Below, in pieces: positions 51,682 through 61,453 of a stretch of DNA of 64,000 bases. A program made the position numbers and the translations under genes. The notes under the pieces are model-generated. The model had not been told where the DNA came from, searched no databases, and worked only from the letters and a program-made list of their open reading frames with translations. Positions within the stretch are counted from its first letter, which is position 1; each line of letters begins with the position of its first letter. The DNA is taken from contig JAHEMM010000004.1 of the NCBI GenBank assembly GCA_024643655.1, forward strand, positions 20,095 through 84,094. The letters run 5' to 3'. Source of the DNA: Chitinophagaceae bacterium (GTDB lineage: Bacteria > Bacteroidota > Bacteroidia > Chitinophagales > Chitinophagaceae).

Positions 51682-53223
51682 TTAATCGTTTACATTTTTA
51701 TCAATTTTGTTAGTTAAGTATAATGTTCCAATAACTAAACATAATATAGCTACTCCAATCGGATACCAGAGGCCAATTAATGGATCTGCTTTATAAGTTG
51801 TGCTTAATAATAAACCAATAAAAGGAACCAAGCCACCAAATACCCCATTACCAATGTGATAAGGTAAACTCATAGATGTGTATCTGATTTTTGTGGGGAA
51901 CATTTCTACTAAAAATGCTGCAATCGGTCCATAAACCATTGTTACATATAAAATCATTAAAAAAATCAGACCGATAAATTTCCAGTATGTTGCTTTTGAT
52001 AAAGTTTTGTTGATGATTGTTAGTTTTCCTTCTCTTAATTCGCCAGACGTATAAAATACAGTATCCACTTGTTTTGACAGAAATTTTTTCCCATCAGGTA
52101 AAATATAAGATGAAGTTGATATTAATAATGAATCTTGCGTTCCTTTAAGTAATGATGTTTCAATAGAAAGATTCATTGGTGCTATAGCTTTTGGAATTTC
52201 ATACTTTGTATCATTCAGAAAAGTTTGAAAAATAGGCCGATACGTAAATATGGCTAATGCCATCCCAGCCATCATGATCCACTTTCTTCCGACTTTATCG
52301 CTTAACCAACCCCAGAAAATAAAAAAAGGTGTAGCAAATGCGATTGCAAAAAGCAAGATGGTTCTACTTTGTTCAAAATCGACTTTACAAGTGTTTTCTA
52401 AAAAGCTTTGGGCATAAAACTGGCCGGTATACCAGATAACACCTTGTCCCATCACTGCACCAAACAAAGCCAATAAGACCATCTTAAAATTTCCTTTGTG
52501 GCGAAAACTCTCTTTCAGCGGATTTTCAGAAGTTTTTCCCTCTGCTTTTAATTTAGAAAACATCGGCGACTCAGACATTTTCATTCTTATATAAATAGAT
52601 ACTCCTACTAAAAGAATTGATATCCAGAATGGATAACGCCAGCCTCCCCATTGGGCATTAAAAGCAGCATCCGACATGCCAGATTTAACTAATAGAATAA
52701 TTCCAAGTGCTACAAATAATCCTAAAGTAGCTGTGGTTTGTATCCAGCTTGTATAAAAACCTCTTTTGTTTGAAGGAGAGTGTTCAGCAACGTAAGTAGC
52801 AGCACCACCGTATTCACCACCTAAAGCAAGGCCTTGTAAAAGCCTTAATAATAAAACAAGAATGGGTGCCGCAATTCCAATTGACGAATAATTAGGAACA
52901 CATCCAATGAGAAAAGTTGAACCGCCCATTAATATTAATGTTAGTAGAAAAGTATATTTTCTTCCTATCATGTCGCCTAACCTTCCAAATACCAGAGCAC
53001 CAAATGGACGAACGATAAATCCTGCAGCAAAAATGGCTAATGTGCTTAATAAAGCGGCTGTTGGATTTCCTTCTGGAAAAAACTGAGTGGAAATTGTTTT
53101 AGCAAGCATCCCGAATATGTAAAAATCATACCATTCGATCATTGTGCCTACAGAGGAAGCAGCAATAACCTTTCGGATATTAAAAACCTCATTGTTGGTT
53201 TGTTTCATGGGTTTAAAATACAT
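51682..53223 (-). CDS. MFS transporter, metabolite:H+ symporter-like, with ~80-aa insertion between TM9 and TM10
   Basis: 513 aa with the MFS motif GRLGDMIGRK after TM2 and 12 predicted helices. Confidence 0.85.
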   Translation of the reverse strand: MYFKPMKQTNNEVFNIRKVIAASSVGTMIEWYDFYIFGMLAKTISTQFFPEGNPTAALLSTLAIFAAGFIVRPFGALVFGRLGDMIGRKYTFLLTLILMGGSTFLIGCVPNYSSIGIAAPILVLLLRLLQGLALGGEYGGAATYVAEHSPSNKRGFYTSWIQTTATLGLFVALGIILLVKSGMSDAAFNAQWGGWRYPFWISILLVGVSIYIRMKMSESPMFSKLKAEGKTSENPLKESFRHKGNFKMVLLALFGAVMGQGVIWYTGQFYAQSFLENTCKVDFEQSRTILLFAIAFATPFFIFWGWLSDKVGRKWIMMAGMALAIFTYRPIFQTFLNDTKYEIPKAIAPMNLSIETSLLKGTQDSLLISTSSYILPDGKKFLSKQVDTVFYTSGELREGKLTIINKTLSKATYWKFIGLIFLMILYVTMVYGPIAAFLVEMFPTKIRYTSMSLPYHIGNGVFGGLVPFIGLLLSTTYKADPLIGLWYPIGVAILCLVIGTLYLTNKIDKNVND

Positions 53224-53364
53224 TAAATGATGTGTAAAAGCGAAATTTTTTTCTACTCAAACTTCTTTCTTGTCGCATATAATTATACAAAACTGCTAAT
53301 TATTATCGTGGTGTATTGAAATTTTGAACGAAGTAGTACATTTAAGGAATAAATTAGAGAAATT

Positions 53365-55302
53365 ATGTCATATCCTTTTCAAATAAAATCATTGGAGCAA
53401 TATCACAAAGATTATAAGCAAAGTGTTGCTGAACCTGATGAATTTTGGGGCGCTGTTGCTGAAAATTTTTACTGGAAAAAAAAATGGAGCAAAGTATTGG
53501 AGTGGAATTTCTCAGCACCAAATGTTGAATGGTTTAAAGATGCTAAACTTAATATTACTGAGAACTGTATTGACCGGCATTTGAAAACAATGGGAGACAA
53601 ACCGGCCATTATCTGGGAGCCTAATCATCCAGATGAGAGAGTACGAATTGTAACCTACAACAGATTGCATAAAAGAGTTTGTCAGGTTGCCCAAATGTTG
53701 GTGAATAATGGTGTTAAAAAGGGTGACAGGGTTTGTATCTATATGGGCATGGTGCCCGAATTGGCATATGCTATATTGGGATGTGCAAGAATTGGTGCTA
53801 TTCATTCTGTTATTTTTGGAGGATTTTCTGCGCAAAGTATTGCTGATCGTTTAGAAGATGCAAGTGCTGAATTTATTATTACTTGTGATGGTGCTTATCG
53901 TGGTGGGAAAGATATTCCGTTGAAATCGGTAATTGATGATGCATTAATAGGTAATAAGACAGTTAAGAAAGTGATTGTTTATACCAGAACAAGAACGCCT
54001 GTCTCTATGATTAAAGGACGAGATGTCTGGTGGGAAGATGAAATGCTTCATGCCGAAGATCAATTAGAAGAAAAAGGGACTTTCAATTTCCCAGCTGTGG
54101 AAATGGATGCGGAAGATCCATTATTTATATTATATACATCAGGAAGTACTGGAAAGCCGAAAGGAGTAGTGCATAGCTGTGCAGGCTATATGGTATGGAC
54201 AACTTATACTTTCGTCAATGTATTCCAATATAATCCCGGAGATGTATTTTTCTGTACTGCAGATATTGGTTGGATAACAGGACATAGTTATATTGTTTAT
54301 GGACCTTTATCTGCTGGTGCTACATCATTGATGTTTGAAGGCATTCCAACATGGCCAGATGCCGGTAGGTTTTGGGATATTGTAGATAAGCATAAAGTAA
54401 ATACGTTGTATACAGCGCCTACAGCAATTCGGAGTTTAATGGGATTTGGATTAGATCCATTAATAGGAAAAGATCTTTCATCATTAAAAATACTCGGCAC
54501 TGTTGGTGAACCTATTAATGAAGAAGCATGGTATTGGTATGACGAACATATAGGAAAGAAAAAATGTCCGATTGTAGATACCTGGTGGCAAACGGAAACT
54601 GGTGGCTGTCTGATTTCCAATATGGCTGGAGTTACACCGGCAAAAGCTAGCTGGGCTACATTGCCAATGCCTGGAGTGCAACCAATACTGGTTGATGAAA
54701 ATGGAATAGAAGTGATTGAGCAAGATGAAAATGGGATGTTAAAAGGAAATCTTTGCATCAAAGCACCTTGGCCTGGGATTTTAAGAACTACTTGGGGTGA
54801 TCATGAGCGTTGTAGAAAAAATTATTTTGCAACATATGAAAAACTATATTTCACCGGAGATGGTGCATTAAAAGATGAAAATGGTAACTATAGAATTACA
54901 GGAAGAGTAGATGATGTATTGAATGTAAGTGGACATCGGATTGGTACAGCTGAAGTGGAGAATGCAATCAATATGCATGCTGGAGTAGTAGAAAGTGCAG
55001 TGGTAGGCTATCCGCATGATATAAAAGGTCAGGGAATTTATGCATATATAATTTATAATGGACATCATGGTGATGAAGAGATGAGAAGGCAGGATATTCT
55101 GCAAACGGTAACAAGGATTATTGGCCCAATTGCTAAGCCGGATAAAATTCAATTTGTAGCAGGATTGCCAAAAACTAGAAGCGGAAAGATTATGCGAAGA
55201 ATATTACGAAAAATTGCTGAAGGAGAAACAGAATCACTTGGGGATACATCTACTTTATTGGATCCTGGTGTAGTAGAAGATATTAAGAATGGTAAATTCT
55301 AA
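53365..55302 (+). CDS. acs: acetyl-CoA synthetase
   Basis: 645 aa with AMP-binding motifs YTSGSTGKPKG, WQTETGG, YFTGDGA and PKTRSGKIMRR. Confidence 0.96.
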   Translation: MSYPFQIKSLEQYHKDYKQSVAEPDEFWGAVAENFYWKKKWSKVLEWNFSAPNVEWFKDAKLNITENCIDRHLKTMGDKPAIIWEPNHPDERVRIVTYNRLHKRVCQVAQMLVNNGVKKGDRVCIYMGMVPELAYAILGCARIGAIHSVIFGGFSAQSIADRLEDASAEFIITCDGAYRGGKDIPLKSVIDDALIGNKTVKKVIVYTRTRTPVSMIKGRDVWWEDEMLHAEDQLEEKGTFNFPAVEMDAEDPLFILYTSGSTGKPKGVVHSCAGYMVWTTYTFVNVFQYNPGDVFFCTADIGWITGHSYIVYGPLSAGATSLMFEGIPTWPDAGRFWDIVDKHKVNTLYTAPTAIRSLMGFGLDPLIGKDLSSLKILGTVGEPINEEAWYWYDEHIGKKKCPIVDTWWQTETGGCLISNMAGVTPAKASWATLPMPGVQPILVDENGIEVIEQDENGMLKGNLCIKAPWPGILRTTWGDHERCRKNYFATYEKLYFTGDGALKDENGNYRITGRVDDVLNVSGHRIGTAEVENAINMHAGVVESAVVGYPHDIKGQGIYAYIIYNGHHGDEEMRRQDILQTVTRIIGPIAKPDKIQFVAGLPKTRSGKIMRRILRKIAEGETESLGDTSTLLDPGVVEDIKNGKF

Positions 55303-55370
55303 AATCGAACTTATTCGATTAGAGGTATTAATTATTAATGCTTTAAATTTTAATTTGAAAAATATTAATA

Positions 55371-56456
55371 ATGATTCGCCTATTTTTTATACTGTTATTT
55401 GTAGTTAATACATGTGTTGCTCAAAAGCTAACAGTAAAAGGTCTGGCTTTTAATCCAATACAGCAATTAAGCTGTACACCTGTAAAAGACCAATACCTCT
55501 CTTCAACTTGCTGGAGTTTTGCAAGTAACTCATTTTTGGAAAGTGAATTAATAAGAAAAGGAAAAGGACAAATAGACCTGAGTGAAATGTTTGTGGCCAG
55601 ATATTCAATGAAGCGAAAAATAGAAAGGCATTTAAAATTAAAAGGAGGGAATTTCTTTACTCCGGGCGGACAGTTTCATGATGTTATTTGGGTAATAAAA
55701 AATTATGGGATAGTGCCTGAGAGTACTTATTCTGGTAGAACGAAACCCGGACAGCCACATGATCATAGTAAACTTGACACTATCATAAGTCATTTCGTAA
55801 AAAAGATGTTGAACGAAAGTGTAACAACGTTAAATCAACAGCAAATAACATATGTTGATAGTGTATTAGATTATCATCTTGGGATCGTTCCGGCTCAATT
55901 CATGCATGAAGGAAAGATGATAACTCCTAAAGCCTATTTAACGGAAATCTTGGAAATTATTCCAGATGATTATATAGAAATTACTTCATATACTCATCAC
56001 CCTTTTTATAAGGCATTTGTTTTGGAGGATAAATATAACTGGACAAATGATACTTATTTTAATGTACCCATACAGGAGTTTTCAGCCATTACTGACGCTG
56101 CTTTAAAAAAAGGTTTTACAATTGGTTGGGATGGAGACGTGGATGACCCTGATTTTGATTTTGCAAATGGCTTGGCTTACTTGCCTATAAGTATCGATGA
56201 TTATCAGACCTACAGACAAAAGGCTTTTGAAAATCAAAGTACTTTACTCGATCATTTGATGCATATAATAGGCTCTGCAAAAGACAAATTTGGCAAGAAA
56301 TGGTATTTAGTTAAAAACTCATGGGGAGATAATACGAATTTGCTGAATGGATATCTCTATATGCGGGAAGATTATTTCAAGATCAGAACAGTCGCTATCA
56401 TTGTCAATAAAAAAGCGATCCCTTACTCAATAAGTAAAAAAATGAAATTATTATAA
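55371..56456 (+). CDS. C1 family cysteine peptidase (aminopeptidase C-like)
   Basis: 361 aa with a signal peptide. The catalytic Cys context is DQYLSSTCWSFAS, with a later H…VKNSWG context. Confidence 0.78.
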   Translation: MIRLFFILLFVVNTCVAQKLTVKGLAFNPIQQLSCTPVKDQYLSSTCWSFASNSFLESELIRKGKGQIDLSEMFVARYSMKRKIERHLKLKGGNFFTPGGQFHDVIWVIKNYGIVPESTYSGRTKPGQPHDHSKLDTIISHFVKKMLNESVTTLNQQQITYVDSVLDYHLGIVPAQFMHEGKMITPKAYLTEILEIIPDDYIEITSYTHHPFYKAFVLEDKYNWTNDTYFNVPIQEFSAITDAALKKGFTIGWDGDVDDPDFDFANGLAYLPISIDDYQTYRQKAFENQSTLLDHLMHIIGSAKDKFGKKWYLVKNSWGDNTNLLNGYLYMREDYFKIRTVAIIVNKKAIPYSISKKMKLL

Positions 56457-56643
56457 TATTACTACACGTATGTATTTTATTGTTAGTTGCTTCTTATTTT
56501 TTAGTAATAAAACTAATTATTAATACCAATAGGCTTGTTGTCAATCATGGTTTTAAATAAACAAATGGGAAAAAAGTATGATTAATGAATCTTAGAAATT
56601 ACTTTTGGCAATAATATATCCAATTGCTGATCTTTAATATCAC

Positions 56644-57633
56644 ATGAATAAACAAAACTTTAGGATAAGAATTCGTTCTGCACTGCGTTGGATTGGACTA
56701 GTACTATTGGTGCAGTTAATTCTAATAAATATAAGTGCTGCTTTATATGCTCACAAATATTCTCATTTTTATAATGATGCTAAAGTAAGTACCAATTTCT
56801 TAAACGAAAATGTATTACAAAAAACCTGGCGATTGATTACCGGTCCAAAATTTTCGAAATCGATTATTTATGAAACTCCAACTTTCCCTTTTGAAGTAAT
56901 TAAGCTTACTGCAAAAAACGGAATTAAAATTGAAGCATGGTATGCCAAGGTTGATTCCGCTGCTCTTGGAACTGTTATTTTATTCCATGGGTTGTCGCAG
57001 AATAAATCAACAAAACTTTCGGAGGCGTATGAATTTCGATATAATGGATATAATGTTATGTTGGTTGATTTTCGGGCACATGGCAATAGTGAAGGAAATA
57101 AAACAACAGTTGGATATAGAGAATCTGAGGATGTAAAGTTGGCTTTCGATTATGCAATAAAAAATGGCGATCATAATATTTTTTTATGGGGAGCATCCAT
57201 GGGAGCTGTAGCTATTACAAAGGCAATTGCAGAGTATGATATTAAACCAGCAGGTATAATATTAGAAATGCCATTTGCATCTATGCAGTCACACATTAGA
57301 GCAAGAGTAAGGTCTAATGGATTTAGCGGATTGCCAGAAAAGCCATTTGCTTTTTTGGTTACATTTTGGACTGGAATTGAAAGAGGTTACAACGCATTTA
57401 AGTTTAGAACCAATACGTTTGCGTCAAAGATTACATGCCCTGTACTATTCCAATGGGGAGCAAAGGACCATATGGTTTTAAAATATGAAACAGAGAAAGT
57501 CTATAATGCAATCTTATCAGCCAAAAAAACATTAGTGATTTATGAAAATGCTGATCATGAATCATTTTTAGAGAATGATCCCATAAAATGGAGATTATCC
57601 GTAGAAAAATTTCTAGGAAATATTAATAAATAA
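56644..57633 (+). CDS. alpha/beta hydrolase
   Basis: 329 aa with an N-terminal TM/signal anchor, HG oxyanion region (ILFHGL), nucleophile elbow GASMGA and a C-terminal DH. Confidence 0.8.
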   Translation: MNKQNFRIRIRSALRWIGLVLLVQLILINISAALYAHKYSHFYNDAKVSTNFLNENVLQKTWRLITGPKFSKSIIYETPTFPFEVIKLTAKNGIKIEAWYAKVDSAALGTVILFHGLSQNKSTKLSEAYEFRYNGYNVMLVDFRAHGNSEGNKTTVGYRESEDVKLAFDYAIKNGDHNIFLWGASMGAVAITKAIAEYDIKPAGIILEMPFASMQSHIRARVRSNGFSGLPEKPFAFLVTFWTGIERGYNAFKFRTNTFASKITCPVLFQWGAKDHMVLKYETEKVYNAILSAKKTLVIYENADHESFLENDPIKWRLSVEKFLGNINK

Positions 57634-57636
57634 CTC

Positions 57637-58194
57637 CTATTTTTTTATTGTGACTTTAGTTCCGTTACCGGTAAAACCATATATCTCAATCACTTCTTCA
57701 TTCTTCATCGATATACAACCTTCCGTCCAGTTCTTGTACCGATCTACCATATAATCATCATGTGGCCATGTACCATGGATACCGATACCACCGCCAATAC
57801 TTGCATTAGCAGGAATCTCTCCCTTTTTTTTACGCTGGTTAAATTTTTCTCTACTTTCTTCAGTAGGATAATCAAGTGTAAGAAATCTGCACCATTTCTC
57901 ATGAACTCTTTTAGCAATGATACGGAATGTACCTTCTGGTGTATTTTTGTCACCTTGCATTTTTTTGTCGCCAAGATTGTTATTCCCAAAAACAACAGGA
58001 TAAGTAGCATACCATCCCAGGTCATCATATACATTTAATTCATAGTCGGACTTATCAATAACGATAGAAACATTCCCCACCGGACCCCCAGTATTAAATC
58101 GTTTGTTTACTTTTGATCGAATAGCATAATTAACATCTGTTGCTAGAAGGCTGCTCACCAAAAAGATAGAAGTAAGGATAAAAAAGTTTTTCAT
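57637..58194 (-). CDS. L,D-transpeptidase (YkuD) family protein
   Basis: About 185 aa with a signal peptide and the YkuD catalytic motif GIHGTW…TEGCISM. I prefer the ATG at 58194. Confidence 0.85.
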   Translation of the reverse strand: MKNFFILTSIFLVSSLLATDVNYAIRSKVNKRFNTGGPVGNVSIVIDKSDYELNVYDDLGWYATYPVVFGNNNLGDKKMQGDKNTPEGTFRIIAKRVHEKWCRFLTLDYPTEESREKFNQRKKKGEIPANASIGGGIGIHGTWPHDDYMVDRYKNWTEGCISMKNEEVIEIYGFTGNGTKVTIKK

Positions 58195-58392
58195 GTACAA
58201 AAATAGTTTTCAATAAGACCAGTTATAGACCGCAAACTGTGGTGGGAAGATGCATTCTTTATTGGCTAAAATTAGTGTCCGTCCAATAGTTCAAACGAAG
58301 TGCCACGATTATTTATTTTATACTGTGGATATATTTTAACGGGATATTTAGAAAATGTACGATCGAAATTTTACCTAAATTTTATTGATTCA

Positions 58393-58426
58393 ATAAAAAA
58401 CCGGATTCAAATACTTGAACCCGGTT
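58393..58426 (-). terminator. rho-independent terminator of the 58446..59294 gene
   Basis: On the minus strand aaccgggttcaa / ttgaatccggtt form a 12-bp stem with one G-U pair and a 4-nt loop, followed by ttttttatt. It begins 20 nt after the stop. Confidence 0.85.
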
Positions 58427-58445
58427 ACTATATAAGTTTTTCAAT

Positions 58446-59294
58446 TTAGAATCGACTAAGTCTGAATCCAAGGTTAAAGGGTGTCATGTCGAGTCCTTTC
58501 TCCCACATGTTTTTAAACGCATAGCTTCCGTATAATTTAACCGGGCCTAAGCTTAACTCACCTATATAGGAAAGCTTAAATCTTTCTAGGTTAAAATCAT
58601 CTTTCACTTTTTTTACATCTCCTTTATTTTTAGTTTTATATCTTGAAGAATATAAGTAACCTCCACTTACGCCAGCACTAAAGCCGAAGCCATTTTTCCT
58701 CTTTGGCGTAAAATTAAAGTTGAGCATAATAGGGACTGTAAGATAATCTGCAGCCAATTTTATTTTTTTCAAATCGGTTGAACCAACACTGATCTGAGTT
58801 GGGTTTTTAGAGAAAACTATGTTCTCGTCAAAGTTGTAATTATTCAACTCAAGACCCAGGCCATACTTTAGATTAACAACTTGTTTTGCTACATTTAGTT
58901 TCTGCATAAAGAACCAGACGTTCACATTTCTGGATTTTCCTGCCCTCAATTTCATTTGATCTTTGCCAACGCCAGAAGTTACAAAACCACTGAAAGCTGC
59001 ATTTGTATAATTTGACTGATCACTATAGTTAGAAAAGCCAAGATCAAAAATCCACCAATTGGTTTTTAAATTTGATTGCTTTGTACTGTTACGCTTAGTC
59101 ATTTTTATTACAGAGTTGCCATCGCCATCTTTTCCTTTGCTACCTGCTTTGCGGATGATAACCATTCCGCCAATACGTATGGTATCGTAGGCTGGTGCGG
59201 TATTAGGATTAGCTGTTGTATCTGTTTGAGCAAAAGCAATCGTCATGGTGCATAATGCTACACATAGGGTGAATATCCTTTTCATTTGTTTCAT
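58446..59294 (-). CDS. outer membrane beta-barrel protein
   Basis: 282 aa with a signal peptide, alternating beta-strand pattern and a C-terminal aromatic residue (…GFRLSRF). Confidence 0.72.
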   Translation of the reverse strand: MKQMKRIFTLCVALCTMTIAFAQTDTTANPNTAPAYDTIRIGGMVIIRKAGSKGKDGDGNSVIKMTKRNSTKQSNLKTNWWIFDLGFSNYSDQSNYTNAAFSGFVTSGVGKDQMKLRAGKSRNVNVWFFMQKLNVAKQVVNLKYGLGLELNNYNFDENIVFSKNPTQISVGSTDLKKIKLAADYLTVPIMLNFNFTPKRKNGFGFSAGVSGGYLYSSRYKTKNKGDVKKVKDDFNLERFKLSYIGELSLGPVKLYGSYAFKNMWEKGLDMTPFNLGFRLSRF

Positions 59295-59348
59295 TTTTTA
59301 ATATTATAAATTTTGTTTTTTGTCAATCTGCTTATCGGCAGATAGGGA

Positions 59349-60506
59349 CTATTTCAATTTGATGGCCAGCCCTGCTACTAATAATTTTCCATCATCATTT
59401 GTAGGATCGATATTAGTTCGCTTTTCAAAGGTCCGTGTAATCTTCCGGAAGAATCCACGGAGTTTGTTTTTCTTACCATCTTGCTGGCTCTCCTCTTCAA
59501 TAAATGAAGCATTTGTATAGTCTGACGGTTGAGGGGATTTAGTTGTTACAACAGGATTTGTTAATGCTTCAACTTTTTTATTTTCTTTAGGCACATCGAT
59601 ATTGGCAATTGTATTATTAATGACATCGTCTTTTATAACATTGGGATTTTTATCTGGTAAAGGCAAATTATTATTGGGCGTATTATTGTTAGCTATTAAT
59701 GAAACTTCTTCTTTGTTAGATTGGACAGGATATTTATTAACAGGCAATTTAATGATGGGAGATGTAGGTGTATTGTTCGTAGCTATATTTTTATTTGCGT
59801 CTTGAGGCTTAAGTGAAGGAGATTTTTCTTCGGGAACAACAATGTGTGGTTCTTCTTTCACTTTTATTTCAGCTACAATGTTTTCTTTAGGTAATTGCTT
59901 AGTTGGAATAAGCACAGGACTAGATTGCTCTGTTCCAGGGGTAATTGCAATTGGTCCATCCTCAACAGTCTTTTTACTATTCAATACTAAAAATGTTGTA
60001 AGGCCAAGAGCAAAAATTAATATTGCTGCAACTCTCTGCCAGCGAAGCGGCATAAATCGAACCTTTTCTTCTTTGCGGTAAAGCGATTCTTTATTTGCAA
60101 ATACAACCGTTTCTGGTTGAAGTTTGCTTTGTTGTAAAATTTGAAATTCCTTTTTAGCATAAGGATTTTCAGTAATAAACTCTTCGACAAATAGTTTTTG
60201 GCTTATCGATAGTTCGTTATCTATATATAATAAAAACCATTCTTCGTAATTAGCAATATTGATAACAGCATCGCCTTTTACTAAAGTTTCTTTGTTGTCA
60301 AATACAATTGATTCATCAGGAACTAATTTATATTGCATCAGCAATTCCAGTTCTTCATTTAAATCAGGATGATGTTGAATAAAAGCTTCCACCATGCGGC
60401 GATCTTCGCTGCTTAATTCATTATCCAAGTAGAGGATAAAGAATTCTTCGTAATTATGGCGGTTAATATTCATTCTTAAATTATCAGTATTTAACTGGTA
60501 GTACAC
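59349..60506 (-). CDS. membrane-anchored anti-sigma-factor-like protein
   Basis: About 375-385 aa, starting 5 nt after the ECF sigma stop. It has a duplicated N-terminal NYEE.F.LY.DNELS module, one TM helix (VAAILIFALGLTTFLVL) and a low-complexity periplasmic tail. The start may be the ATG at 60473. Confidence 0.6.
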   Translation of the reverse strand: MYYQLNTDNLRMNINRHNYEEFFILYLDNELSSEDRRMVEAFIQHHPDLNEELELLMQYKLVPDESIVFDNKETLVKGDAVINIANYEEWFLLYIDNELSISQKLFVEEFITENPYAKKEFQILQQSKLQPETVVFANKESLYRKEEKVRFMPLRWQRVAAILIFALGLTTFLVLNSKKTVEDGPIAITPGTEQSSPVLIPTKQLPKENIVAEIKVKEEPHIVVPEEKSPSLKPQDANKNIATNNTPTSPIIKLPVNKYPVQSNKEEVSLIANNNTPNNNLPLPDKNPNVIKDDVINNTIANIDVPKENKKVEALTNPVVTTKSPQPSDYTNASFIEEESQQDGKKNKLRGFFRKITRTFEKRTNIDPTNDDGKLLVAGLAIKLK

Positions 60507-60511
60507 CAGTT

Positions 60512-60997
60512 TTAAATTACATTTTCAATTTTTACCAAATAGTTTTTTAATTGTACTCTTGCCCGGTGTAAATATACTTTTACCTGACTGGCATTCAAAT
60601 TCATAATCTCTCCAATTTCTTCATAACTATATCCTTCATAATCTTTCAAAAGTACCAGTGATTTTTGTGTTTCGTTCAGTCTGTTCAATGCATCGTCTAA
60701 AATCCTTTTTAAATTACTTATTGGCTTATGCTCAACTTTTGCTTCTTCACTAAAATCTTCTCTTAATTGTATCCTCTTCACTTTTCTAATATGATCAATC
60801 ATTTGGTGATAAGCAACAGTAAACAGATATGATTTACATTTTTGGGCATCTACATTTTCTCGATTTCGCCACATTTTTTCAAATGCAGTCTGTACTACAT
60901 CCCTTGCATCTTCTTCATGGCGAAGATTTTTCAGGATGAACCGGTACACATTATCTGCATACGTAGTTACACATTCATTATATTCTTGTTCAGTCAT
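60512..60997 (-). CDS. ECF (sigma-70 family) RNA polymerase sigma factor
   Basis: 161 aa with sigma region 2 (DARDVVQTAFEKMW) and region 4 HTH (SYEEIGEIMNLNASQVKVYLHRAR). Confidence 0.9.
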   Translation of the reverse strand: MTEQEYNECVTTYADNVYRFILKNLRHEEDARDVVQTAFEKMWRNRENVDAQKCKSYLFTVAYHQMIDHIRKVKRIQLREDFSEEAKVEHKPISNLKRILDDALNRLNETQKSLVLLKDYEGYSYEEIGEIMNLNASQVKVYLHRARVQLKNYLVKIENVI

Positions 60998-61108
60998 AAA
61001 CAGCTGGGGTGTAGTTAAAATTACTTTATATGACTTGCTTTTTTAAATTAAACGGTTGGTCTTTCAAAAAGTTACAATAAATAATTTATTTATCAAACTA
61101 GTTGATAA

Positions 61109-61327
61109 TCAATAGCTAAGAAAAAGTAAAAACTGTCTCGACATACTTTCTTGAATAATTTCCTGGTCGTCATTCTGTTGTGAACATTCTAATAATGGCA
61201 ATTTATTACAAGTTGTATTATCGGTTGGTGATATCCTATCTGTTGAAGATGAGCTACTTAGTAATGTTAGGCTAATAATTGCAACTATGATAACTAGGCC
61301 CGTCAGCATCCATTTTTTTTGATTCAT
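61109..61327 (-). CDS. possible small single-TM protein upstream of the ECF sigma gene
   Basis: 72 aa with one TM helix (WMLTGLVIIVAIISLTLL). It has only ORF-level support. Confidence 0.35.
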   Translation of the reverse strand: MNQKKWMLTGLVIIVAIISLTLLSSSSSTDRISPTDNTTCNKLPLLECSQQNDDQEIIQESMSRQFLLFLSY

Positions 61328-61428
61328 TGGTGTTGGTTTATGTAGTTTGACGAAAGTATTGATTGGTTTGTTACAGTAAATGTAAAATCTATCCTTTTTG
61401 ATCTGAAGCTAACATTTTTTGTACGCTG

Positions 61429-61436
61429 TATATTTG
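61429..61436 (+). promoter_or_regulatory. candidate -7 promoter element TATATTTG for kbl
   Basis: Matches TAnnTTTG 17 nt upstream of the kbl ATG. Confidence 0.35.
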
Positions 61437-61453
61437 CGGATAAACAAAGAAAT

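Noticed and set aside
55303-55320. 7-bp hairpin aatcgaa-ctta-ttcgatt right after the acs stop, considered as a terminator.
   Set aside because: No U-run follows it on the plus strand, so the evidence for an intrinsic terminator is weak.
58198-58205. TAnnTTTG-type motif matches at 58198-58205, 10937-10944 and 40511-40518, next to the L,D-transpeptidase, M23 peptidase and gldA starts.
   Set aside because: They lie only 3-4 nt from, or overlap, the best start codons, which leaves no room for a transcription start. This shows that the 8-mer occurs by chance in this AT-rich DNA.
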